DNA of 64,000 nt from an uncultured Actinomycetes bacterium (lineage in GTDB: Bacteria; Actinomycetota; Thermoleophilia; UBA2241), in contig CAVPVX010000002.1 of the NCBI GenBank assembly GCA_963709345.1, positions 372,978-436,977 of the forward strand, written 5' to 3'. Of the stretch, positions 42,412-52,207 are shown one piece after another (positions within the stretch are counted from its first letter, which is position 1; the number at the start of each line of letters is the position of its first letter). The position numbers and the translations under genes were made by a program. The notes below the pieces were generated by a model that worked only from the letters and a program-made list of their open reading frames with translations, was not told where the DNA came from and searched no databases.

Positions 42412-43622
42412 GCTCCCTCCGTTCGCAGGGGCAGCCGGGCGCGGACGGCGAATCCGCCGTCCGGCCGTGGCCCCGCATCCAGGTCGCCGCGGAACGTGGC
42501 GACGCGTTCGCGCATGCCGACGAGCCCGCGCCCGCCGCCTTCGGCGGTGAATGCGGCCGCGCCGCGCCCGTCGTCAAGCACGACGATACCCAGTTCGTCG
42601 TCCCCGTACGTCAGAGCCACCGACGCGTGCGCCTTGCCGGCATGCTTCAGCGTGTTCGTCAGAGCCTCCTGCACGAGGCGGTACGCGGTCAGATCGAGGC
42701 TGGACGGCAGCGCACGGGGCTCCCCCTCGACCTGCAGGGCGACCGGCAGGCCCGCCTCCCGCACCTGCTCGCACAGGGTCTCGATCTGGGCGACGCCGGG
42801 AGCCGCGTGGAGGCCGGCGTCCTCATCGGGCGCGCGCAGAATGCCGAGCATCCGCTCGATGTCGCCGAGCGCCTGGCGGCCGGCCGTCTCGATGTTGCCG
42901 AGCGCCTCGCGCACCAGGTCGGGCTGCGCGTCGAGGACGCGCTGGGCGGCGCCCGCGTGCAGCACGACGATGTTCAGCGCGTGCCCCACGCTGTCGTGGA
43001 GCTCGCGGGCGAGCCGCATACGCTCCTCGGCGACCGCCTCTCGGGCGCGCGCCTCGCGGTCCGCTGCGAACAGCGCGGCCCGCCGCTCGGCCCGCTCTAT
43101 GCTGCCGCGGTAGACACGGATCACGACCGCGACGACCCAGACGATGGAGAGCGTGGCCCACGTGCTGATCGCGCTCTGCCACGACGGGTTGGGGATGGTC
43201 GCAAGCACGACCGCGAGTCCGGCCGCGACGAGGAAGCCGGCGGCGATGGCCCTTCTCCAAGCGTCGAAGGCGACGGTCGCGAACGACCCGATGACCACCG
43301 CCCAGACGGCCGCCTGCGTGAACTCGTACCCGGCGACGGTCTGCCCGCAGAGCAGCACCAGGGCCGTCGTGAGGCTCGCGAAGGGCGACCACCACAGGAT
43401 CGAGAGAGTGAGGGCGCTGGCGACGGTCAGGACGATGAGCAGCGTCCCGTCGCTGCGATACCCGGCCAGGACGGCGCTGCGCGAGAGCAACTCGACCAGA
43501 CCGGCCGCAGTGAACACAAGAGCCAGCAGGATGCTGATGAGAAGCGGGTCGAGCAGGCGCGGCCAGCGTGACGACGGAGCCGCGCCCGGCGCCGAACTGC
43601 TGATGTCGGTGGCCCCCTGCAC
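42408..43622 (-). CDS. Sensor histidine kinase (HisKA_3 type)
   Basis: EERMRLARELHDSVGH, QEALTNTLKHA, DDGRG and GRGLVGMRERV. The ORF-track extension overlaps tmRNA, so the start was placed at GTG 43622. Confidence 0.92.
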   Translation of the reverse strand: MQGATDISSSAPGAAPSSRWPRLLDPLLISILLALVFTAAGLVELLSRSAVLAGYRSDGTLLIVLTVASALTLSILWWSPFASLTTALVLLCGQTVAGYEFTQAAVWAVVIGSFATVAFDAWRRAIAAGFLVAAGLAVVLATIPNPSWQSAISTWATLSIVWVVAVVIRVYRGSIERAERRAALFAADREARAREAVAEERMRLARELHDSVGHALNIVVLHAGAAQRVLDAQPDLVREALGNIETAGRQALGDIERMLGILRAPDEDAGLHAAPGVAQIETLCEQVREAGLPVALQVEGEPRALPSSLDLTAYRLVQEALTNTLKHAGKAHASVALTYGDDELGIVVLDDGRGAAAFTAEGGGRGLVGMRERVATFRGDLDAGPRPDGGFAVRARLPLRTEGA

Positions 43623-43696
43623 GCCCGCAGTATAGTCCACCGGGGCGGGAATGCCGCTCGCAAGAAGGCTCCGGCCGGCAAGGCCGACCGGTTCGA

Positions 43697-44051
43697 TGGT
43701 GGAGGCGGCGGGAATCGAACCCGCGTCCACGGACGCCTCAGCGGAGTCTCTACAGGCTTAGCCGTCGCTTTTAGTCTCGCTCGCGACCCCCGCGTCGGCC
43801 GGGTGCCGGTCGCCAGCTCCGATCAGTCTCGGGTGCGCTCGCTCGGAGCAGCGCGACCGCACCCCAGCCCACTTTCTGACACCGCTTATCCCGGCCGTGG
43901 GCGAGTCGGGCGCGATGCGTCACCTAATTCTTAGGCGGCGAGTGCGAGATTGCTCTCGTCAACTATGGTGTTCCGGCAGTTTAACGAGGCCACCGGACCT
44001 CGGCCTGCTGCTCCCACCTCGGACAGCCCATGTCGAGACCTGTTCGCCCCC
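43697..44051 (-). ncRNA. ssrA: tmRNA (355 nt); tag (A)DESNLALAA
   Basis: 5' GGGGGCG pairs with 3' CGCCUCC-A-CCA including G3-U70; T-arm gcgggTTCGATTcccgc; tag frame 43960-43931 gac gag agc aat ctc gca ctc gcc gcc taa after atagtt. Confidence 0.96.
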
Positions 44052-44081
44052 AACTGGACAGCCGTGATGACTGCACTCTTG

Positions 44082-44090
44082 AGTATACCA
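44082..44090 (-). promoter_or_regulatory. Extended -10 promoter of ssrA
   Basis: TGG-TATACT about 30 nt upstream of the mature tmRNA 5' end. Confidence 0.6.
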
Positions 44091-44235
44091 GTCCCCGGAA
44101 ACGGCAAAACCGCGGCCGTGCCGCGGTCTTGCCTGCAACTACCGATACTGCTGTGCGAACCGCACGCGCGTGCGCCCGGGTCGGCCGACGTGAGGTGTCA
44201 TCGCGCTGCACCTCACGCTGAGCCGGCAACGCCGT

Positions 44236-44586
44236 TCAGTCTTCGACGGTCTGCACCTCGCGCCGATCGCGGCGCCGGAAGTACATGTTCCGGCAGAGCG
44301 GGCCCTCGCCGGTGGCGTAGCAACTCTGCACCGCGATGGAGCACTGCGGCAGCGGCTGCCGAGCGACCTTGACGACGCCGAAGCCACCCTTGCCACGCTC
44401 GATCTCCTGGAACATCTTCAGGTCGATCTCGTGAGGGAACACCTTCTCGATGCAGCCGAAGAAGGTCTCACCGTCTTCCTTGAACGCATACAGGAACCGG
44501 CAGTTCATGGCGAGGCATGCGGCCGGGTACACGACCTTCTCGCACTGCGCCGAGCATTCTTGACACTCAAGCTGTTCTTCAGCCAA
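44236..44586 (-). CDS. Small cysteine-rich hypothetical protein (116 aa, 9 Cys)
   Basis: AGGAGG RBS 9 nt before TTG; CxxCxxxC(x8)Cx4C pattern; coding-like codon usage. Confidence 0.7.
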   Translation of the reverse strand: MAEEQLECQECSAQCEKVVYPAACLAMNCRFLYAFKEDGETFFGCIEKVFPHEIDLKMFQEIERGKGGFGVVKVARQPLPQCSIAVQSCYATGEGPLCRNMYFRRRDRREVQTVED

Positions 44587-44872
44587 CTTGACCAGCCTCC
44601 TAGACAGCACAACGGCCGGCGTTCGGTGCCGGCCCACGCGCATGGTAGCACAGGGCCCTCCGGCCCGACAGGGCGCTTAACCTCCGCTTAACACTTCGTC
44701 CCGGCGGCATCGCGGCGCCTCCGCGAGCCTGCCGGAGCGCGCTTGTGACCGCCGGCACGAATTCTCGTTGACATATCACCATCTCCGTAGTGAAAATAGT
44801 GACGACAGTCGGGCGGCTCCCAGCGCTGCGCCGCACCGATCCAGACACATGCCAAGGAGGTGGCGGACACGC

Positions 44873-46237
44873 ATGGACGCCTTGATGTTGTCCCGCATTC
44901 AGTTCGCGTTCACGGTCGGATATCACTTCCTCTTCGTCCCGATCAGCATCGGGCTCGCCGTGATGATCGTCTACACGGAGCGGCGCTACTACAAGAGCCG
45001 GGTCCCGGCCGACAGGGCCGCCTCGATGTTCTGGATCAAGCTCTTCACCACCACTTTCGCCATCGGGGTCGCCACCGGCCTCACGATGGAGTTCGCCTTC
45101 GGCACCAACTGGGCGAACTACTCTCGCTTCGTCGGCGACATCTTCGGCGCCCCGCTGGCGGCCGAAGGCCTCTTCGCCTTCTTCCTCGAATCGACCTTCC
45201 TCGGGGTGCTCCTCTTCGGGCGCAGGAAGGTTTCCCGGCGCTTCTACTACATCGCCACCTGGCTGGTCCTCATCGGCACCTTCCTGTCGGCGCTCTGGAT
45301 CCTCATCGCCAACTCGTGGCAGCACACGCCGGCCGGCTACGAGGTCGTGGCCGGACGCGCCGTGCTCACGGACTTCTGGGCCGCGGCCCTGAACCCGTCG
45401 ACGGCGCCGCGCTACGTGCACACGGTGACCGGCGCCATCATCACCGGCTGCTTCGTGGTCGCCAGCATCTCAGCCTGGTACCTGCTGAAGAAGCGCCACC
45501 TCCACATGGCGCGCCAGTCGCTCGTCGCGGCGCTCGTCATCGGCCTGCTCGCCTCCGCGGCGATGCCGTTCATCGGCCATTGGCACGCGCTCCAGGTCGC
45601 CGAGTACCAGCCCGTCAAGATGGCGGCGTTCGAGAATCTGACAGAGACGCGCGCGAACGCGCCGCTCTACCTGTTCGGGTGGGTCAACGGCGACGGCGGC
45701 ACGACCGGCGTGAGCATCCCGAGCGGCCTCAGCCTGATGCTGGGCATGAGCCCGGGGCACGAGGTCAAAGGCCTGGACATCGTGCCGCCATCAGACAGGC
45801 CGCCGCCGCAGATCACCTTCCAGAGCTATCACCTGATGATCGCTCTCTCGTTCCTCTTCATCGGGGTGATGCTGCTGGCCCTGGTCATGCACTTCTTGAA
45901 GCGGCTCGAAGGCTCACGCTGGATGCTGTGGCTCCTCGTCGTCTGCTTCCCTCTGCCGATCCTGGCCATGAACATGGGATGGACCGCGACGGAGGTCGGC
46001 CGGCAGCCCTGGGTGGTGCAGGGGCTGCTGCGCACGTCCGACGGCGTCTCGCCGGTCGTCTCGGCGGGTGAGATATGGACGACGCTCGGGCTCTTCGGTC
46101 TGATCTACCTGATCCTGTTCATCGCCTGGCTGCGCATCTTCCTCGGCATCATCCGCACGGGACCCGAGGACGTCGTCGACATGCTGCAGGCCGACGCCGC
46201 CGCCGGGCAGGCTGCGTCCGCCGGCGCGGGGAGGTGA
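44873..46237 (+). CDS. cydA: Cytochrome bd ubiquinol oxidase subunit I
   Basis: LSRIQFAFTVGYHFLFVP, EFAFGTNW, PLAAEG, FFLESTF, QPVKMAAFE and EVGRQPW. Confidence 0.97.
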   Translation: MDALMLSRIQFAFTVGYHFLFVPISIGLAVMIVYTERRYYKSRVPADRAASMFWIKLFTTTFAIGVATGLTMEFAFGTNWANYSRFVGDIFGAPLAAEGLFAFFLESTFLGVLLFGRRKVSRRFYYIATWLVLIGTFLSALWILIANSWQHTPAGYEVVAGRAVLTDFWAAALNPSTAPRYVHTVTGAIITGCFVVASISAWYLLKKRHLHMARQSLVAALVIGLLASAAMPFIGHWHALQVAEYQPVKMAAFENLTETRANAPLYLFGWVNGDGGTTGVSIPSGLSLMLGMSPGHEVKGLDIVPPSDRPPPQITFQSYHLMIALSFLFIGVMLLALVMHFLKRLEGSRWMLWLLVVCFPLPILAMNMGWTATEVGRQPWVVQGLLRTSDGVSPVVSAGEIWTTLGLFGLIYLILFIAWLRIFLGIIRTGPEDVVDMLQADAAAGQAASAGAGR

Positions 46238-46241
46238 CGTG

Positions 46242-47264
46242 ATGAGCCTCGAGAGCATCTGGTTCGTCCTGGTCGCGTTTCTGCTCACCGGCTACGTCGT
46301 GCTCGACGGATTCGACCTCGGCGCCGGCGTGCTGTATCCCTTCGTGGCCCGGACCGAGGACGAGAAGCGCGTCGTGCGCGCGTCGATAGGACCCGTCTGG
46401 GACGGCAACGAGGTCTGGCTGGTGACCGGCGCAGGCGCCGTCTTCGCGGCCTTCCCGCTTGTCTACGCAATGACGTTCAGCGGCTTCTACCTGGCGATCA
46501 TGCTGGTGCTGTTCGGCCTCATCCTGCGCGCCGTGTCGCTCGAATTCCGGCACCGCGACTCGAGCTGGAGTGCGGTGTGGGACGGCGCCTTCCAGATCGG
46601 CAGCTTCGTGCCGTCGCTGCTCGTCGGCGTGGCCCTCGGTAACGTCATCCGCGGCGTCCCCATGAACGCCAACGGCGACTACACCGGGACCTTCCTGGAG
46701 TTGCTCAACCCGTACGCGCTGCTGGTCGGCATCACCGGCCTCTTTCTGATCATGACGCACGGTGCGGCGTGGCTGCTCGTGAAGTCGGAGGCCGGCGCCC
46801 TGCACGACCGCGTCGCACGCTGGCGCCGCGTCACCTTCTGGGTCTGCGTCGTGCTTGCCGTGGTCACCTCGGCCGCGACCATCGCCGGCGTCTCCCGCGC
46901 CTCGGACAACGTCCTCGGCCGCCCCATCGGCTGGCTGTTCCTGATAGTGCTGGCGGCGGCGCTCCTCTACACCATCTGGCAGATGACGAAAGAGGGCGGC
47001 GAGTTGCACGCCTTCCTCGGCTCGGCGGTCACGATCGTCGCCCTCGCCGGCATCGCCGCCGTGGGCAACTACCCGGTCATCGTGCCGGCCCGCGGCACGC
47101 CGGCCGAGACCAGCCTCACGGTCACCAGCGCGGCGTCGGGTCCCCTGACTCTCAAGGTCATGCTCATCATCGCGCTGATCGGCGTACCCATCGTCCTCCT
47201 CTACACCGCGCTCGTGTACCGCACGTTCCGCGGCAAGGTGAGACCGGCGGACGCCGAGTACTGA
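46242..47264 (+). CDS. cydB: Cytochrome bd ubiquinol oxidase subunit II
   Basis: YVVLDGFDLGAG, IGPVWDGNEVWL and FAAFP; directly after cydA. Confidence 0.97.
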   Translation: MSLESIWFVLVAFLLTGYVVLDGFDLGAGVLYPFVARTEDEKRVVRASIGPVWDGNEVWLVTGAGAVFAAFPLVYAMTFSGFYLAIMLVLFGLILRAVSLEFRHRDSSWSAVWDGAFQIGSFVPSLLVGVALGNVIRGVPMNANGDYTGTFLELLNPYALLVGITGLFLIMTHGAAWLLVKSEAGALHDRVARWRRVTFWVCVVLAVVTSAATIAGVSRASDNVLGRPIGWLFLIVLAAALLYTIWQMTKEGGELHAFLGSAVTIVALAGIAAVGNYPVIVPARGTPAETSLTVTSAASGPLTLKVMLIIALIGVPIVLLYTALVYRTFRGKVRPADAEY

Positions 47265-47305
47265 GGCGCACAGGCGTTCTCGCGCGCCTTGGCGCCGAGC
47301 CTGTG

Positions 47306-47345
47306 GAACGGGCGCGGCGGGCCTTCCGGCCCGCCGCGCCCGTTC
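47306..47345 (+). terminator. Hairpin after cydB
   Basis: Perfect 18-bp stem gaacgggcgcggcgggcc-ttcc-ggcccgccgcgcccgttc. Confidence 0.7.
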
Positions 47346-47563
47346 GCTGTGTGGCCCGTCGGAACAAGACACCACAAGTGCGGTAGACAGCCCGGCGGGA
47401 GTGAACTACCATGCGCATGATATGAAAGGAGCGAATCTGTGCATTTGAGTGATTGCTTGTTCACTTCTCATATGGTGCGCGTCTCAGAAGGCCGCTCGCC
47501 TCGCTCGTCAAGGGCCTTGGGCCCCACAGTCACATCCGTAGAATCAATCAGCTAGGGGGAGAC

Positions 47564-48775
47564 ATGCAGGAACGCAATCTCTTGGAAGAACTGGTCGACG
47601 TCAGCCCGGGCATGGAGATCTGGTGGGACTCGTCGCCGGTCATCTTCGGCAACTGGTGCCAGAAGCTGCTCGCCAAGGCGACCGACGGCGACAAGGAGAT
47701 CCTCAAGCGCCAGTTCGCGCGCATGTACAACGCCGAGGACCCGATGGGCCAGCTCTTCCGCGGCGTCACCACCAACCCCCCGCTGTCGCTGGCGGCGTTC
47801 AAGGACGACCCCGCCCGCTGGGAAAAGGTCGCCGAGAAGATCCTCGCCGAGAACAAGGACCTCGACACCGAGGGTCTCTTCTGGGTCCTCTACAAAGAGG
47901 TCGTGAAGCAGGGCTCCGACATGTTCCTCCCCCTCTTCGAGGCGTCGGGCTACAAGGAAGGCTTCCTCTCCGGTCAGGTCGACCCGCGCAGCGCCTTCGA
48001 CAAGGACGCGATGATGACCCAGGCGCTGGAGATCCACGCCGTCAATCCCAACGTGATGGTCAAAGTGCCCGGCACCGCGGTCGGCTACGAGGTCATCGAG
48101 GAGCTCACGTCGCGCGGTATCGCCACCAACAACACGCTCACCTTCATCCTCCCGCAGCTCATGGACTGCGCGAAGTCCGTCAATCGCGGTCTTGAGAAGG
48201 CGAAGGCCAACGGCGTCGACCTCTCCAAGTGGCGCTCGGTGATCACGCACATGGAAGCTCGCTACGGCGACCTCGGCGGCCTGCGCGAAGCCGGCGCCGA
48301 GAAGGGCATCGAGGTCACCGAGGGTGACGTCCGCATCGCCGAGCTGGCGATCTTCAAGAAGGCCTACCATCTGCTCCAGGACGGGGACTACCACAGCAAG
48401 ATGCTCTCCTGCTCGCTGCGCCTCGGCCCGACCGTCGACGGCAAGCAGCAGATCTGGCACCTCGAGGAGAAGGCCGGCGCCGGCGTCGTCGTCACCTGCC
48501 CGCCGTCGCTCATCGACGAGCTCATCAACTTCCCGAACCCCGGTGACATCACGTTCAAGGCCGGCCAGATCGACGTCGATCCGCCCAAGGACGTCATGGA
48601 CAAGCTCATGCGCATCCCGTACTTCGAGCGCGCCTACGCGGAAGACGGCTACACCAGGGCCGAGTACGACACGCACCCCGCACTGGTGAAGACCCACGCG
48701 GCTTTCTCCAAGGCCACCAACGAGATGGTCGCCTTCGCGGACGGCTGCCTCAAGCAGGGTCAATGCAAGGCCTGA
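47564..48775 (+). CDS. Divergent transaldolase-family protein
   Basis: IWWDS, RGVTTNPPL, GFLSGQVDP, NVMVKVPGT (Schiff-base Lys) and GIATNNTL; AGGGGGAG RBS before ATG 47564. Confidence 0.85.
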   Translation: MQERNLLEELVDVSPGMEIWWDSSPVIFGNWCQKLLAKATDGDKEILKRQFARMYNAEDPMGQLFRGVTTNPPLSLAAFKDDPARWEKVAEKILAENKDLDTEGLFWVLYKEVVKQGSDMFLPLFEASGYKEGFLSGQVDPRSAFDKDAMMTQALEIHAVNPNVMVKVPGTAVGYEVIEELTSRGIATNNTLTFILPQLMDCAKSVNRGLEKAKANGVDLSKWRSVITHMEARYGDLGGLREAGAEKGIEVTEGDVRIAELAIFKKAYHLLQDGDYHSKMLSCSLRLGPTVDGKQQIWHLEEKAGAGVVVTCPPSLIDELINFPNPGDITFKAGQIDVDPPKDVMDKLMRIPYFERAYAEDGYTRAEYDTHPALVKTHAAFSKATNEMVAFADGCLKQGQCKA

Positions 48776-48820
48776 AACCCATCGCCTGACGATCTCGAGC
48801 ACCATGAAAGGATCCACCGA

Positions 48821-49903
48821 ATGACCGACATCAAGGACAAGATCAACCCCTACGTGTGGGCGGCTCCGGAGTACAACACCGGCATCCTCGACAAGGCGTG
48901 GGCGCAGCCCGAGATGGGCCGCATGATGCTGAACGAGAACCCGATGCCGCCGTCGGATGCCGTCGTCAAGGCGATCACCGACATGGCCGAGAAGGGCAAC
49001 CGCTATCCGGACCGCGCCTATCGCCTGCGCGAGAAGCTCGGCGCACTCCACGGCGTGGCGGCGGAGAACATCGCTCTCGCCAACGGTTCGTCCGAGACCA
49101 TCGACGCGATGATGCGCGTCTTCCTGCAGCCGGGCGACGAGTTCCTCTGCTCCAACCCGACCTTCGAGATGTTCCCGTCGCGCGCCGGCCTGTGCAACGC
49201 CAAGACCGTGCAGATCCCCCTGCGTGACGAGGACCTGCAGTACGACGTCGACGCCATGCTCGCGGCCGTCAACGAGAAGACCAAGCTCATCCTCATCATC
49301 AACCCGAACAACCCGACGGGCATCTTCATCGACGACGCGGACCTCACCAGGTTCTGCGAGCTCGGCATCCCGCTCTGCATCGACGAGGCGTACCTCGACT
49401 ACCACCCGCAGGTCGAGGCCAAGGTCGACTTCGTCAACAAGTACCCCCACGTCTTCCTGTCGCACACGTTTTCGAAGGCGTTCGGGCTCGCCGGCATCCG
49501 CTTCGGTTACGTCGTCGGTCACCCGACCCTCATCGAAGCCTTCAACCTGATGTTCCTGCCGTGGAACCTCAGTCTGATGGCGATCGCCGCGGCCGAGGCC
49601 ATCCTGGACACGGGCGAGGTCAAGGACAAGGTCGTCTACAACAACGAGTGGATGGACAAGTTCTCCGCGGCGCTCGAGGCCAAGGGCCTCAAGGCGTACG
49701 AGGCACACGGCAACTACATGCTGGTCGATGCCTCCGTGAGCGGCAAGACCAGCGCCGAGATCGTCCAGGCCGCCGCCGAGATGCAGAAGATCTTCCTCAA
49801 GACGATCAAGCCGATCAACGGCAAGGAAGGCTACTTCCGCGTCACCCCGGGCACGCCCGAGGAGTGCGCGCGCTTCATGGCGTTCATCGCGCAGTACTTC
49901 TGA
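48821..49903 (+). CDS. PLP-dependent aminotransferase class I/II (HisC/CobD-like)
   Basis: LNENP, NRYPD, NGSSE, NPNNPTG, IDEAY and HTFSKAFGLAGIRFGY. Confidence 0.92.
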   Translation: MTDIKDKINPYVWAAPEYNTGILDKAWAQPEMGRMMLNENPMPPSDAVVKAITDMAEKGNRYPDRAYRLREKLGALHGVAAENIALANGSSETIDAMMRVFLQPGDEFLCSNPTFEMFPSRAGLCNAKTVQIPLRDEDLQYDVDAMLAAVNEKTKLILIINPNNPTGIFIDDADLTRFCELGIPLCIDEAYLDYHPQVEAKVDFVNKYPHVFLSHTFSKAFGLAGIRFGYVVGHPTLIEAFNLMFLPWNLSLMAIAAAEAILDTGEVKDKVVYNNEWMDKFSAALEAKGLKAYEAHGNYMLVDASVSGKTSAEIVQAAAEMQKIFLKTIKPINGKEGYFRVTPGTPEECARFMAFIAQYF

Positions 49904-50008
49904 GCCGACCGACGCACGCATGACGCCCGCCCGCGGCCTCCGTCCTCCCCCGCTCCAGCCGGGAGGGCGGAGGCTGACGGGCTTTCACGACCGAACGAAA
50001 GGATCCAG

Positions 50009-52018
50009 GTGAGCCCAGTGGCGAGCGCACAGACCATCGAAGACCGCTGCATCGACACCATCCGCTTTCTCGCCGTCGACGGCGTCCAGAAGGCCAAGTC
50101 CGGACACCCCGGCATGCCGATGGGCGCGGCGGCCATCGCCCACACGCTGTTCACGCGGCACCTCCGCTACGACGCCGCCGACCCGGCGTGGCCGGACCGC
50201 GACCGCTTCGTCCTCTCGGCGGGGCACGCCAGCATGCTGCTCTACTCCATGCTCCACCTGACGGGCTACGACCTCAGCCTCGACGACCTCAAGGCGTTCC
50301 GCCAGTGGGGCAGCAAGACGCCGGGGCACCCCGAGTACAAGCACACCGCCGGCGTCGAGACCACCACCGGCCCTCTCGGCCAGGGCGTCGCCAACGGCGT
50401 GGGCATGGCTCTCGCCGAGCGGTTCCTCGCCGCCACCTTCGGCTCCGACGTCGTCGACCACTACACCTACGTGCTCGCCGGTGACGGCTGCATGATGGAA
50501 GGCATCAGCAGCGAGGCCGCCTCGTTCGCCGGCCACCAGCAGCTCGGCAAGCTGGTCCTCCTCTACGACGACAACCACATCACCATCGACGGCGCCACCG
50601 ACCTCGCGTTCACCGAAGACGTGCCCAAGCGCTTCGAGGCGTACGGCTGGCACGTGCAGAAGGTCGCCGACGGCAACGACGTCGACGCCATCGACGCGGC
50701 CATCACGGCGGCGAAGGCCGAGACCGGCAAGCCGTCGCTGATCGCCGTGCGCACGCACATCGGCTGCGGCTCGCCCAACAAGCAGGACAAGTCCGCCGCC
50801 CACGGCGCCCCGCTCGGCGTCGACGAGGTCAAGCTCACCAAGGAAGCCTGTTCGTGGCCGCTCGACCCCGAGTTCTTCGTCGCCGACGACGTCAGGGCGT
50901 TCTACTCGGAGGCCGCCGGCAAGGCCGCCGCCGCGCACGCCGAGTGGACGAAGAAGTACGAGGCGTGGCGCGCGGCCGACGCCGCTCGCGCCGGCGCCTG
51001 GGACGACGCCTGGTCGGGCACGCTCCCCGAGGGCTGGGACGCAGACCTGCCCGTGTTCACGACCGACGACACCGTGGCGACCCGCGCCGCGTCGGGCAAG
51101 GTGATCAACGCCCTGGCGCCGCACCTCCCCACCCTCATGGGCGGCTCGGCCGACCTCGCTCCCTCGAACAACACCCTGATCAAGGACGCGCCCGACCAGC
51201 AGGCGGCGACGCCCGAGGGTCGCAACGTGCGCTGGGGCGTGCGCGAGCTCGCCATGGCCGGCATGGGCAACGGCCTCGCGCTGCATGGCGGCGTGCGACC
51301 CTACGTGGCGACGTTCTTCGTGTTCGTCGACTACATGCGGCCGTCCATGCGCCTCGCCTCCCTCATGGGACTCCCGGTCACGTACGTGCTCACGCACGAC
51401 AGCATCGGCGTGGGCGAAGACGGACCGACGCATCAGCCCATCGAGCACCTCGCGATCCTGCGCGCGACGCCCAACTGGATCGACCTGCGTCCCGCCGACG
51501 CCAACGAGACGGTCGAGGCCTGGAAGATCGCCCTCCAGACGACCGACGCCCCGGTCGGCCTCATGCTCACGCGCCAGAACCTGCCGACGATCGACCGCAA
51601 GAAGTACGCGGCGGCGAGTGGCATCGCCCGCGGCGCCTACGTGCTCGCCGATGCGGCGGGCGGCGGAGCGCCGGACGTGATCCTCATCGCCAGCGGCAGC
51701 GAGGTCGCCCCGGCGCTTGAGGCGCACGAGCGGCTCGTCGCCGACGGCGTGCGCTCGCGCCTCGTCAACATGGCGTCCATGCAGCTGTTCGCGAAGCAGG
51801 ACGCCGACTACCGTGAGAGCGTCCTGCCGCCCGCATGCAGCAGCCGGCTCGCGATCGAGGCGGGAGTCACCTTCGGCTGGGACCGCTGGGTGGGAGACGG
51901 CGGCCAGATCATCGGACTCGACCACTACGGCGCCTCCGCTCCCGCCGGCACGTTGTTCAAAGAGTGGGGCTTCACCGCCGACAACGTGTACGCGCGAGCC
52001 AAGGCTTTGGCCCGCTGA
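50009..52018 (+). CDS. tkt: Transketolase
   Basis: [39 protein letters not shown] and [16 protein letters not shown]. Confidence 0.97.
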   Translation: MSPVASAQTIEDRCIDTIRFLAVDGVQKAKSGHPGMPMGAAAIAHTLFTRHLRYDAADPAWPDRDRFVLSAGHASMLLYSMLHLTGYDLSLDDLKAFRQWGSKTPGHPEYKHTAGVETTTGPLGQGVANGVGMALAERFLAATFGSDVVDHYTYVLAGDGCMMEGISSEAASFAGHQQLGKLVLLYDDNHITIDGATDLAFTEDVPKRFEAYGWHVQKVADGNDVDAIDAAITAAKAETGKPSLIAVRTHIGCGSPNKQDKSAAHGAPLGVDEVKLTKEACSWPLDPEFFVADDVRAFYSEAAGKAAAAHAEWTKKYEAWRAADAARAGAWDDAWSGTLPEGWDADLPVFTTDDTVATRAASGKVINALAPHLPTLMGGSADLAPSNNTLIKDAPDQQAATPEGRNVRWGVRELAMAGMGNGLALHGGVRPYVATFFVFVDYMRPSMRLASLMGLPVTYVLTHDSIGVGEDGPTHQPIEHLAILRATPNWIDLRPADANETVEAWKIALQTTDAPVGLMLTRQNLPTIDRKKYAAASGIARGAYVLADAAGGGAPDVILIASGSEVAPALEAHERLVADGVRSRLVNMASMQLFAKQDADYRESVLPPACSSRLAIEAGVTFGWDRWVGDGGQIIGLDHYGASAPAGTLFKEWGFTADNVYARAKALAR

Positions 52019-52031
52019 TCGACCCTGCATC

Positions 52032-52062
52032 CGTGAGGGCGGCCCGTCGGGCCGCCCTCACG
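52032..52062 (+). terminator. Hairpin after tkt
   Basis: cgtgagggcggcccg-t-cgggccgccctcacg, a 15-bp inverted repeat. Confidence 0.65.
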
Positions 52063-52121
52063 ATTCCCGCCTCGCCCCGCGTGGTTTCGGCATCCGGGGC
52101 CCACCTAGCCGCCCGTCCCGC

Positions 52122-52177
52122 TGCTTGACAGCGTTGCCCCTCCTCCTATGATGTGTTCGACTGTGTGTGGACTTGTC
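52122..52177 (+). promoter_or_regulatory. Sigma-70-type promoter with candidate DeoR operator
   Basis: TTGACA (52125), 16 nt, TATGAT (52147), then g-tgttcgactg-tgtgtggact-tgtcg; matches 24724-24779. Confidence 0.75.
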
Positions 52178-52207
52178 GCACGCTGAGCGATGATGCCGGA
52201 GGGGCCG

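Noticed and set aside
35841-43696. Genomic island integrated at the ssrA 3' end
   Set aside because: No integrase, no duplicated ssrA 3' end and no obvious composition shift.
43697-43735. Stand-alone tRNA
   Set aside because: This T-arm and acceptor stem belong to the tmRNA; its 5' partner and tag frame lie upstream.
48821-49903. Naming this gene hisC
   Set aside because: The motifs define only the HisC/CobD-like family, and the context is not histidine biosynthesis.
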